This document shows, piece after piece, positions 48,051 to 56,260 of a stretch of DNA of 64,000 nt. The DNA is from Actinomycetes bacterium (GTDB lineage: Bacteria; Actinomycetota; CADDZG01; JAHWKV01). The stretch spans positions 5,340 through 69,339 of the forward strand of contig JAJCYE010000031.1 of NCBI GenBank assembly GCA_029263075.1, in the 5' to 3' direction. The first letter of the stretch is position 1. Every line of letters starts with the position of its first letter. The notes under the pieces are model-generated. The model was not told where the DNA came from. It searched no databases and saw only the letters and a list, made by a program, of their open reading frames with translations. The translations under genes were made by a program, and so were the position numbers.

Positions 48051-48848
48051 CTAGTCGGTGCCCGGGACCTCCGAGGTAGCCGGATCGTCATCTCCGGAAG
48101 CCTGCTTGTCCGAGCGACGCATTACCAGCGAGGTCCCCAACATCCAGAAAACAAGCATCCAGGGCTGGAGTTCGCTGAAGACAAAAAAGATGTTGGCGAC
48201 TGCCGGCGAGAGCGGCCCGACTACCTCGGGCGGTGGGAGCAGTCCCAATACGACCCCGATCAAAGCGAAGTTGGCCATAAGCCCGGAAAACACTTGCGTG
48301 CGGCGGATCGCCATCCCGAACCCAAGCAGCATGGGCACCGATCCCGAAACCAAAATGACAACGGTGATGGCCCAAGTGATCGCAAGAGCGGCCACGGTCT
48401 CGGCCGGAGCAGTATCCCGGTTGGCCAGCCCCACCAGACTGAGCTGGAGAAGGCTGATCAGCAGCAATAGCCCGGCATACACCGCCGAACCGGCCAGCCC
48501 GACTATCGCCCAGGCGCCCCCATCCCCGGGGCCTTGCGAAAGCCGGCCCCACATCCCGGTGGCAAAGACGACCAGGCACACCGCCGAAAGTCCATACAGA
48601 TACGCCGAGACGGAGGTGAAAGTCGCCTGTTCGACGAAATACTCTGCGATCTGGTTCGCCGGAGCATCGAACGGAGAGGGTACGCCTCCGCCGGAATTGC
48701 CGAAACGGGCCGCGGAGTAGGCGAACAACACGGCGCCGAACCCGGCCAGTGGAGTGGAGTTTTTAAGCGAGATTTGTCTGCTCACGGGCTTTCCGTCGTC
48801 GGAGGATGAGCCTTTACAATAAGCCCACTCGCGACAAGCACCGGTCAC
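48051..48848 (-). CDS. hypothetical multi-pass membrane protein
   Basis: Five or six hydrophobic helices. The true start is probably internal (for example GTG 48785), because 48848 lies only 15 nt from the divergent cupredoxin start. Confidence 0.6.
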   Translation of the reverse strand: MTGACREWAYCKGSSSDDGKPVSRQISLKNSTPLAGFGAVLFAYSAARFGNSGGGVPSPFDAPANQIAEYFVEQATFTSVSAYLYGLSAVCLVVFATGMWGRLSQGPGDGGAWAIVGLAGSAVYAGLLLLISLLQLSLVGLANRDTAPAETVAALAITWAITVVILVSGSVPMLLGFGMAIRRTQVFSGLMANFALIGVVLGLLPPPEVVGPLSPAVANIFFVFSELQPWMLVFWMLGTSLVMRRSDKQASGDDDPATSEVPGTD

Positions 48849-48862
48849 TTGGGGAGGATCAC

Positions 48863-49345
48863 ATGGCTCGTACCACCCGCCTGCTTTCCTTACTTGCGGT
48901 ACTCATCTTGTTGATGGCGGCATGTGGCGGGGAAGGTGACGAAGCAGACCAGCCCGATTCTCAGACCGCAAGCAACACCGAGGCGGTGGGCGGAACCCCG
49001 ACCCCAATCGTCGAAGAAACCATGGCGCTCACCGGTGGGGAGCCGGCCAACTTCCACGATGAGGTCGACGCCGGCGACATGCCGAGCCTTGAAGTCGAAC
49101 TGGACGACAACTACATCGAGCCGACGATAGTGGTGGGCCGAGCCGGCCAGGAGTTAACCCTGGAACTGTTCAACGAAGGCGACAACATCCACAACTTCTC
49201 CATCGAAGCCCAGGACATCTCACAGGACCTGGAGAAGGGCGGGAAACACGAAGTGAAGGTCGTCTTCCCCGATTCCGGCGCAGTTTCGTTCTTCTGCAGG
49301 TACCACGCGGAACTCGGCATGCGGGGCGAACTGCGGGTCGCCTAG
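48863..49345 (+). CDS. cupredoxin-like (plastocyanin/azurin family) lipoprotein
   Basis: ATG 48863 with GGGGAGGA upstream. Lipobox LMAACGG. C-terminal type-1 copper ligand pattern HNF...FFCRYHAELGM (His, Cys-x2-His-x4-Met). Confidence 0.8.
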   Translation: MARTTRLLSLLAVLILLMAACGGEGDEADQPDSQTASNTEAVGGTPTPIVEETMALTGGEPANFHDEVDAGDMPSLEVELDDNYIEPTIVVGRAGQELTLELFNEGDNIHNFSIEAQDISQDLEKGGKHEVKVVFPDSGAVSFFCRYHAELGMRGELRVA

Positions 49346-49698
49346 CCCGGCAGCTTGAAGTGCGGGTTTTCGATCACCCCCACGACGCTGCCGGTGGGGC
49401 TCAGCACCGAGGCAATCCTGATTCCTTCTCCCACGTCCGAGATGTCACCGTTGGGCTGGGCTCCTCCACCCATCAGGACGCCCATGGCCTCGGCGATATC
49501 AGGAACCCCCCAATAAGCGACGGATCCGGCCTCCACGTCGGCGTTGGGGTCCAAGCCCAATTCATACCCGCCCAGGTTGAAGCCGACGTAAAACGGTTGA
49601 TCGAAGTAAGGCTGGACCCCGAGCACGCTGCTCCACCACTCCTTGGCGGCGTCGAGGTCCGGTGCCGGGTATATGACCGTTCTGAGCCCCTGAAACAT
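49342..49698 (-). CDS. VOC/glyoxalase family protein
   Basis: ~118 aa with a beta-alpha-beta-beta-beta pattern (VIYPAPDLDAAKEWW..VLG). Confidence 0.7.
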   Translation of the reverse strand: MFQGLRTVIYPAPDLDAAKEWWSSVLGVQPYFDQPFYVGFNLGGYELGLDPNADVEAGSVAYWGVPDIAEAMGVLMGGGAQPNGDISDVGEGIRIASVLSPTGSVVGVIENPHFKLPG

Positions 49699-49876
49699 TC
49701 AAAAACCTCCCAAAGTCCGGCATGAAACACTGCGTGGACGCCCCGAGCACACTAGGCTGACGCACATGGTAAGTCAGGGAGGCGGCTGGGAACCACCGGG
49801 CCGGGGCAGCGGCTGGGGGCCCGCGGGGGTTGCAGCGCCTCGCCCGGACAAACCCACCTCCAGCAGGCGCCCCTAC

Positions 49877-50341
49877 ATGCCTGGTTACGGGATCAAGAGT
49901 CCTGATGAGGGCGGTGGACTGCTTCCCTGGGCGTGGGCCGAAGGACGGCTGGTACGCAGCCACGACTACTGGGTAGCTTCGGTCCGGCCCGACGGAAGGC
50001 CTCACGTCATGCCCGTCTGGGGCGCCTGGAATCAGGGGTCGTTCTGGTTCAGCGGCAGCGGTAAGTCCCGGAAGGTGCTGAATCTCAAACAAAACCCAGC
50101 CTGCACGGTGACCACCGACAACCCCCAGGAACCGGTTGTGGTGGAAGGAACCGCCGAAATCATCGACAACGTGGCCCTGCTGGCCATCTTCCTCAACCGC
50201 ATCAACATGAAGTACCGGACCAACTACACCCTGGACTACCTGGACCCCGAGGTGAAAACCTGCGTCAAGGTGAAACCGATCCGGGTTCTTGCGCTGGAGC
50301 AGGAGAACTTCACCGGATCCCCCACCCGGTGGGATTTCTAG
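49877..50341 (+). CDS. pyridoxamine 5'-phosphate oxidase family (F420-binding-type) protein
   Basis: YWVASVRPDGRPHVMPVWGAW..GSFWFSGSGKSRKVLNLKQNPACTV split-barrel signature. The ORF is open from 49766, but that N-terminus is Gly/Pro/Arg-rich and does not look like protein. Confidence 0.78.
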   Translation: MPGYGIKSPDEGGGLLPWAWAEGRLVRSHDYWVASVRPDGRPHVMPVWGAWNQGSFWFSGSGKSRKVLNLKQNPACTVTTDNPQEPVVVEGTAEIIDNVALLAIFLNRINMKYRTNYTLDYLDPEVKTCVKVKPIRVLALEQENFTGSPTRWDF

Positions 50342-50355
50342 GAACTCAGCTTCAG

Positions 50356-50925
50356 CTAGGGCAGGTACTGTTCCTCGAAGCCGGTGATCCGGCCCCCGGC
50401 CACGGTTAGCCAGAACGGGGTAATCAACCGGTCGATCTGATTCAGGTAGGCGTCCAACTCGTCCAGCGTGGCGTCGTCCAGGTCGGCGTCCGCGTCCTCC
50501 GCCAGCTTCACCAGCCGCACCGTCACCGGGTCGACGATCAGGCCGGTGCGCAACTTCTTGTTGGCGTTCACGATGTAAACGTCGTTGGGCGGTCCCTCGG
50601 TCTCCTCGGGGTGATCCTTGAGGTAGGCGTCGGTCGCCTCCTTGCCGGTGAGGATCTGGATCACGTCCACAGACACCTTACGATCGGCCACCACCAGCTC
50701 GGTAATGAATGCCGCATGGCGCCCATCCGCCAGATCGATCAGACCCGCTGCAGCCGACTCAGCCGGAATCGGGGAGGTCGACGGGTCGGGCGATACCGTG
50801 GCCGGTCCCGATACCCCGGTGGGCAACGGCGACTCCAGGATCACCGGATCCCCACTCGAACAACTGGGACCGAGCACCACGAGCATCGATGCGGCGAGGA
50901 GTCTGGCCAGGCGGGGTCGGTCCAT
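50356..50925 (-). CDS. hypothetical secreted/lipoprotein
   Basis: Signal-like N-terminus (LLAASMLVVLGPSCSSG). No catalytic motif recognised. Confidence 0.55.
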   Translation of the reverse strand: MDRPRLARLLAASMLVVLGPSCSSGDPVILESPLPTGVSGPATVSPDPSTSPIPAESAAAGLIDLADGRHAAFITELVVADRKVSVDVIQILTGKEATDAYLKDHPEETEGPPNDVYIVNANKKLRTGLIVDPVTVRLVKLAEDADADLDDATLDELDAYLNQIDRLITPFWLTVAGGRITGFEEQYLP

Positions 50926-50939
50926 AGGCTAAGCCTAGC

Positions 50940-51012
50940 GCCCCCGAGACGAATCGAACGTCCGACACCAGGTTTAGGAAACCTGTGCTCTATCCACTGA
51001 GCTACGAGGGCT
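50940..51012 (-). tRNA. tRNA-Arg (anticodon CCU)
   Basis: Minus-strand sequence GCCCTCGTAGCTCAGTGGATAGAGCACAGGTTTCCTAAACCTGGTGTCGGACGTTCGATTCGTCTCGGGGGCG. It has a 7-bp acceptor stem (one G-U pair), anticodon stem CAGGT/ACCTG, loop TTCCTAA and GTTCGATTC T-loop. CCA is not encoded. Confidence 0.9.
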
Positions 51013-51156
51013 CGCTACGAATTTACACCCGCCGGGCCGCGACGGCCGTACGGCGGCCGGGTGACCGCAGCCCGGGCAAGCTCCGGACCGATCCCCGCCC
51101 AGGGTATTCCGGCCGGGCGCCCGGCAGACGGACCACTGATTCACCACTTCCGCGAT

Positions 51157-51222
51157 GGTTACCGGCTCTTAGCGTCACGGTTACGGCCAATTAGCCTGCA
51201 GGTTACGTCGCCGAAACGTCGC
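51157..51222 (+). promoter_or_regulatory. three GGTTAC-initiated direct repeats phased at exactly 22 bp (candidate operator)
   Basis: GGTTAC occurs at 51157, 51179 and 51201. Units 1 and 2 also share TTAGC at the same offset (14 of 22 identical). Unit 3 contains ACGTCGC twice, 11 bp apart (51205, 51216). The array lies ~115-180 nt upstream of the small ORF at 51337. Confidence 0.4.
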
Positions 51223-51336
51223 ATTCCTACCATGGGAACCAGTAGCGCAACAAAGGCCTTCACATAGCAGCATCGAGGTTTCAGCTGAACCTCAACTCAC
51301 CCAGGCAGCTCAAGGTAGACACCCAAGGAGGTGCAG

Positions 51337-51555
51337 GTGGAGCAATCCGGAATCACCACAGCAGAGCTTGAAGTTGCTCTCGGAGGCTTGTACGTAGCAC
51401 CGAAGGACCCCGATGCGCCGGACTTCGCCGGCGACGAGGAGCCGACGATGGCAGTAGCAGCGCCGGCAACCGGCGGGCCCGTCCTCACCATCCAGGAAAT
51501 GGTGTCGATCTTCGGGGATCTCTACACCCCGCCGTCACTGGAGGAAGCCGCCTAA
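51337..51555 (+). CDS. hypothetical small acidic protein (72-74 aa)
   Basis: AAGGAG at 51325-51330. GTG at 51337 has 6-nt spacing, and GTG 51331 is also in frame. Clean intrinsic terminator downstream. No Cys. Contains a duplicated G-[GD]-L-Y-x-x-P motif. Confidence 0.6.
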   Translation: MEQSGITTAELEVALGGLYVAPKDPDAPDFAGDEEPTMAVAAPATGGPVLTIQEMVSIFGDLYTPPSLEEAA

Positions 51556-51572
51556 AAGCATCACGCTCAGCC

Positions 51573-51602
51573 AAAAAGCCCGGCCCTGGAGCCGGGCTTT
51601 TT
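51573..51602 (+). terminator. Rho-independent terminator
   Basis: AAAAAGCCCGGC-CCTGGA-GCCGGGCTTTTT. Perfect GC-rich stem with a 6-nt loop, flanked by an A-tract and a T-tract (potentially bidirectional). Confidence 0.85.
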
Positions 51603-51668
51603 GGCGATCGGCTCTTGTCTTTTGTGAGACCATCTCTCTCTAATCGGCGGCGATAAGGAGAGTGGCTC

Positions 51669-53048
51669 TTGGCGGTTTCAGTAAATGAGCGCGTGGAGGC
51701 ACCCGGTCCCCGGGGCCTGCCATTGGTCGGGTCGGCACTGGATCTTCTCCTTAACTTCTTGGACACCACCCTCAAGGGTCGCGAAAAGTACGGCGACGTC
51801 GTGCGCTACGTGGCGGGGCCCCCGGGGCGGATGCGCGTGGTGGCGTACGGCATCGCCCACCCGGACGGCATCAAACATGTTCTCGCGTCCGGATCCGCCA
51901 ACTACTCCAAACAAGACGCGGCCTACAACGAGTTGAGGGCTCTGGTGGGCAATGGCCTGCTGACCAGCGAAGGTGAAACCTGGGTCCGGCAAAAGAGGCT
52001 CGTCCAGCCCCTGTTCACCCACGCCCGAGTGGCCGGGTACGTCGACATGATGTCCGAGGAGAGCGACCGACTGGTCGAGCGATGGACAGAGATGAAAAAA
52101 CAGGACGGCACCGTCGACCTCCACAGTGAGATGACCCGGTTCAGCCTGCAGGTGGTGTGCCGGGCCCTGTTCGGTTCCGACACCGACCGCATCGTTCCGG
52201 TCCTAAGGGACAACGTCCCCTACCTCAGTCGGAAGGCGTTCACCCGCAGCCTTTCTCCGGTCCACATCCCTCACCACTGGCCAACGCCGGGCAACCGCCA
52301 CGTCGACCGGGCTTCGAACGAGATCTACGAAGTGGTTGACCAGTTGATTGCCGACCGCCGGGCGACACCAAGTGGGTCGAACGACCTGCTCAGCCTGCTG
52401 TTGAACGCCCAGGACCCGGAGGGGGGCCGGGGACTCTCCGATGCCGAAGTCCGGGATCAGGCGCTGATCTTCCTTCTTGCAGGCCACGAAACCACCGCCA
52501 CCTCCTTGACCTTCACCTTCCACCTGTTGGGCCTACACCCTGAGATCCAACAGAAGGTACGGGATGAGGCCGAAGCGGTTTTGAGCTCACGCCTGCCGGA
52601 CCACGCCGACACCTCCAAGCTGACCTACACCACCATGGCCATCAAGGAGGCAATGCGCCTCTACCCGGCCGTCTACGTGATCCCCCGGTTGGTTGAAAAG
52701 GATGACGTGGTGTGCGGATTCACCCTTCCCGCGGGCTCGGTGGCGGCGCTCAGCGCCTGGGTGACCCACCGCCATCCCGACTTTTGGGACGACCCGGAGC
52801 GATTCGATCCGGAGAGGTTCACCCCGGAGAAAGAGAAGGCCCGCCACCGCTACGCCTACTTCCCGTTTGGCGGCGGCCCGCGGGCGTGCATCGGCCAGTA
52901 CTTCTCCATGCTGGAGTCGATCATCTCCACCGCGGTCCTGGTACGAGCCTTCGAGTTCACCTCCCCGCCGGAACCGGTGAAGTTGTTCAACGGCATCACG
53001 CTGCGGCCGAACCAGGCCATGCCCTGCCGGATCGAACCAACCGGCTGA
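51669..53048 (+). CDS. cytochrome P450 (CYP4/CYP102-like signatures)
   Basis: I-helix LLAGHETT, ExxR (EAMRLYP), PERF (DPERFDPERF) and heme loop FPFGGGPRACIGQYFS. TTG start with AAGGAG 8 nt upstream. Confidence 0.93.
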   Translation: MAVSVNERVEAPGPRGLPLVGSALDLLLNFLDTTLKGREKYGDVVRYVAGPPGRMRVVAYGIAHPDGIKHVLASGSANYSKQDAAYNELRALVGNGLLTSEGETWVRQKRLVQPLFTHARVAGYVDMMSEESDRLVERWTEMKKQDGTVDLHSEMTRFSLQVVCRALFGSDTDRIVPVLRDNVPYLSRKAFTRSLSPVHIPHHWPTPGNRHVDRASNEIYEVVDQLIADRRATPSGSNDLLSLLLNAQDPEGGRGLSDAEVRDQALIFLLAGHETTATSLTFTFHLLGLHPEIQQKVRDEAEAVLSSRLPDHADTSKLTYTTMAIKEAMRLYPAVYVIPRLVEKDDVVCGFTLPAGSVAALSAWVTHRHPDFWDDPERFDPERFTPEKEKARHRYAYFPFGGGPRACIGQYFSMLESIISTAVLVRAFEFTSPPEPVKLFNGITLRPNQAMPCRIEPTG

Positions 53049-53238
53049 GCCCACCTGCCGAAAGGACATAGCGGAGCCCCGGGGGCGGACCGACGCCGGG
53101 TCCATTCGACCCGGTCTTCGTCCACGACTCTTTCGTCCTCAAAACAACTGAGAATTCTCTAATTTTCATAGCACTTCTTTAAGTCTGACTTCCTTCCCGC
53201 CGATAGGGACAGCGCCTTCGGCCCCACGAAAGGAAGTC

Positions 53239-55761
53239 ATGGACAACCACACGCCCCCGCGATCCCGGCCTACCATCCGGCGGTTGGTGATCGGCGTTGC
53301 ACTTTCCCTGGCTGCCTCGATCTTCCCGCTCGCCCCCTCCGGCGCCCTGGCCGCGGTTCCCGGCTCTGCCGCGGCCGAAGCCCGGCGCATCAGGGACGTC
53401 TGCCGGGCCAACGGACTCGAAGTCGTGGAAGAAACAACCGCACAATGCAGCCACGGCGAAGATCCGGCGCCGCCCGGCAAGGACATCAAACGAGATGTCG
53501 AGCCCGTTCAGACGGTCTCCGTCTCCGAGTTCGGCGCCGCCGGTAAAGTCGCCCCCGGAGCCCCCTCATTTGCGTGTGACGGCGACGGCCAGGCCGGCTA
53601 CCGGACCCAGGTTGCCTACGTTCACGCTGCCGGCACCACCAACCGGTTCTCCACCTACAAAGCTTCGTTCATCCAGTGGGCCTGGGAGGCGGACCAGATT
53701 TACCGCAACAGCGCACAGGACACCGGAGGGATCCGGCGGATCAGGTTCGTCCACGACTCAAGCTGCGTCCCCACCGTGCTCAACCTCACCCTCTCCAGTT
53801 CCGGCGACGACAACTTGAGCAACACCATCACTGAGTTGCAGCAGGCCGGCTACAACCGTAGCGACCGCAAGTACATGCTGTTCGTCGACGCCAACGTGCT
53901 CTGCGGGGTGGGAACGATGTCCATCGACGACAGGCCGGGCCAGGAGAACTGGAACAACATCGGCCCGGATTACGCCCGCATCGACGCCGGGTGCTGGAGC
54001 GGCGACATCGCCGCCCACGAACACATGCACAACATGGGCGGAGTGCAAAACACCTCTCCCCACGCCAGCGGCGGCAACCACTGCACCGACGAGTACGACG
54101 TCATGTGCTACTCGGACTCGCCGAACTACCCGAACATGACAATCGATTGCCCCGGCTCCAGCCGTAACTACAGCCGTTTCGACTGTAACTACGACGACTA
54201 CTTCCACACCAGCCCCCCAACCGGCAGCTACCTGGCGACCAAGTGGAACACCGCAAACAACCGATTCCTGGCCGCCGACGCGGGTGAGGGGTCGGACCCG
54301 GTGTGCCCCGATCAGGGGACCGAACCGGACGAGACGTTTTCCGCCGCCGGGGCGCTCACCCTGGGCACCGCGACCCCGCGGGCCCTATGCACTACCGGAG
54401 ACCAGGACTGGATGTCCTTTCAGGCTTCCGCCAACCAGCGGTACCGGGTCGAGATAGTCACCCACGCCCAGACCATCACCCCCGGCATCGAGGTCTACGC
54501 ATCGAACGGAAAAAAGCTCCTCTCATCGAACACTCCCGCCCCCGGGGGGTCGGCGGCCCTGGAGTTCCGGGCGAAGACGGGCGGCAGCCACTACGTCAGA
54601 GTTGAGAACTCATCCGGCGCCTTCACGCCGTCGATCGACAACGTCTACCAGGTGCGGGTCTCGGGCGCCTCGCCTGCCGGAAGCCCCATCGGGGGCTTCG
54701 GGTACAACGCTTTCAACCAGGCCGGCGGGCCGGCAAGTGCGGTCAGGCTGATCCCCGGGCTGTCGTTCAACGACGGTGCGGTCCAGGTTGCCGGCGGGGC
54801 CTACCACAACGCAGCCGTCCTGAACGATGGGACGGTGCGGACGTGGGGATGGAACGCCTTCGGCCAACTTGGCAATGGGACACTGACCGACAGCGCCGGT
54901 TTGGTCCGGGCTACTGGCCTGACCGGGGTCGCCGCCGTGTCCGGCGGCTTGATCCACACCCTGGCACTGAAGACCGACGGCACCGTCTGGGCCTGGGGTT
55001 GGAACGGCGTCGGCCAGTTGGGCGATGGGACCCTGACCGACCGCTCCGTCCCGGTAAAGGTCTCCGGGCTTAGCGACATCGTTGAGATCTCGGCCGGCTG
55101 GTTCCACAACCTGGCGCTCAAGCGGGACGGCAGCGTCTGGGTTTGGGGGCACAACGGCCTGAACCAACTGGGCGAAGGCACGGCGGTGGACCGGACTGTT
55201 CCGGTCAAGCTTTCGTTGCCCAAAGTCACTGCGGTGAGCGCCGGCGGCTACCACAGCCTGGTCGCCATGGCGGACGGAACCGCCCGCGCCTGGGGTCACA
55301 ACGGACAGGCCCAACTCGGCGACGGGTCCCGGGTCAGTTCCTCCACACCGAAGACGGTGGCGGGGCTGACCAATGTCTATCGGGTATCGGCGGGTGCCAT
55401 GCACTCGATAGCGCTCCGCAACGATGGATCCGTCCTTGCCTGGGGCATCAACGCCCAGCAGCAGTCCGGAGGAGCGGTGACCGCCGACCGGCCTTTTGCA
55501 TCTTCCATTTCATGTTCTTCCGATGCCGCCTGCCCCAAAATTTCAGGGACCTCCCGGCTCGGTGGGATCGCCTGGATCTCGGCCTCGAGTTCGATGCATA
55601 GCCTGGCTCTGGCCGAGGACGGGACCGTCTGGGGCTGGGGATGGAACGGGCTAAACCAACTCGGCAACGGAACTTCCGTCGACTCGGGGACCGCGGTGAA
55701 GGCCGCCGTCAACGCTACCGACGTCGCAGCCGGCGCCTACCACAGCCTCTACCGGACATGA
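53239..55761 (+). CDS. secreted multidomain protein: zincin-like HExxH domain - PPC (pre-peptidase C-terminal) domain - RCC1-repeat beta-propeller
   Basis: Signal peptide. AAHEHMHNMGG (nt 54016-54030). PPC-like GDQDWMSFQASANQRYRVEI...GGSHYVRVEN (~54331-54663). At least six RCC1 repeats (AGGAYHNAAVLNDGTVRTWGWNAFGQLGNGT and similar, ~54691-55758). GAAAGGAAG SD. Confidence 0.85.
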   Translation: MDNHTPPRSRPTIRRLVIGVALSLAASIFPLAPSGALAAVPGSAAAEARRIRDVCRANGLEVVEETTAQCSHGEDPAPPGKDIKRDVEPVQTVSVSEFGAAGKVAPGAPSFACDGDGQAGYRTQVAYVHAAGTTNRFSTYKASFIQWAWEADQIYRNSAQDTGGIRRIRFVHDSSCVPTVLNLTLSSSGDDNLSNTITELQQAGYNRSDRKYMLFVDANVLCGVGTMSIDDRPGQENWNNIGPDYARIDAGCWSGDIAAHEHMHNMGGVQNTSPHASGGNHCTDEYDVMCYSDSPNYPNMTIDCPGSSRNYSRFDCNYDDYFHTSPPTGSYLATKWNTANNRFLAADAGEGSDPVCPDQGTEPDETFSAAGALTLGTATPRALCTTGDQDWMSFQASANQRYRVEIVTHAQTITPGIEVYASNGKKLLSSNTPAPGGSAALEFRAKTGGSHYVRVENSSGAFTPSIDNVYQVRVSGASPAGSPIGGFGYNAFNQAGGPASAVRLIPGLSFNDGAVQVAGGAYHNAAVLNDGTVRTWGWNAFGQLGNGTLTDSAGLVRATGLTGVAAVSGGLIHTLALKTDGTVWAWGWNGVGQLGDGTLTDRSVPVKVSGLSDIVEISAGWFHNLALKRDGSVWVWGHNGLNQLGEGTAVDRTVPVKLSLPKVTAVSAGGYHSLVAMADGTARAWGHNGQAQLGDGSRVSSSTPKTVAGLTNVYRVSAGAMHSIALRNDGSVLAWGINAQQQSGGAVTADRPFASSISCSSDAACPKISGTSRLGGIAWISASSSMHSLALAEDGTVWGWGWNGLNQLGNGTSVDSGTAVKAAVNATDVAAGAYHSLYRT

Positions 55762-55819
55762 TCTGAGCGTTTCGCTGGGTTAGGGTGTCTGCACCGACCC
55801 CAGACCCGGAGGGCAGCTA

Positions 55820-56224
55820 ATGGAACATAAAAAGGCCGAAGACATCCCCTGGGAGGCCGCTCCCGAAGACCATTTCACCGGTAAGGTCTGGTTCGGTCCT
55901 TTGAGCCACGCCTCCGACGAGGCGTTGAACGCGCTGGCGGTACAGTTCGAGCCGGGGGCCCGCACCGACTGGCACACCCACCCCGACGGCCAGGTCCTCT
56001 ACGTGGTCAACGGCGCCGGGCTGGTCCAAAAGGACGATGGCACAACCGTAGAGGTATCGGCGGGCGACGTGGTTTACGCCTCTCCCGGAGAGGTCCACTG
56101 GCACGGCGCCAGGCCGAACAGCCCCATGATGCACCTGTCCCTCACCACCGGCGGCGCCACAAAGTGGGGAACCGAGAAGGTGACCGACGAGCAATACCGC
56201 AGCGGCGGAACCGGCTCCCAGTAG
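55820..56224 (+). CDS. cupin domain protein
   Basis: Cupin motifs G.RTDWHTHPDGQVLYV.NG and GDVVYASPGEVHWHG. Confidence 0.82.
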   Translation: MEHKKAEDIPWEAAPEDHFTGKVWFGPLSHASDEALNALAVQFEPGARTDWHTHPDGQVLYVVNGAGLVQKDDGTTVEVSAGDVVYASPGEVHWHGARPNSPMMHLSLTTGGATKWGTEKVTDEQYRSGGTGSQ

Positions 56225-56260
56225 GTCGTCCAATAGGGGTGCCGGCGTAGGCCGGGGAAG

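Noticed and set aside
50926-51330. tRNA-Arg as the attachment site of an integrated element / genomic island boundary
   Set aside because: No integrase, excisionase or other mobile-element gene lies on either side. I could not find a direct repeat of the tRNA 3' end by eye. The flanking genes are accessory-like, but that alone is not evidence of an island.
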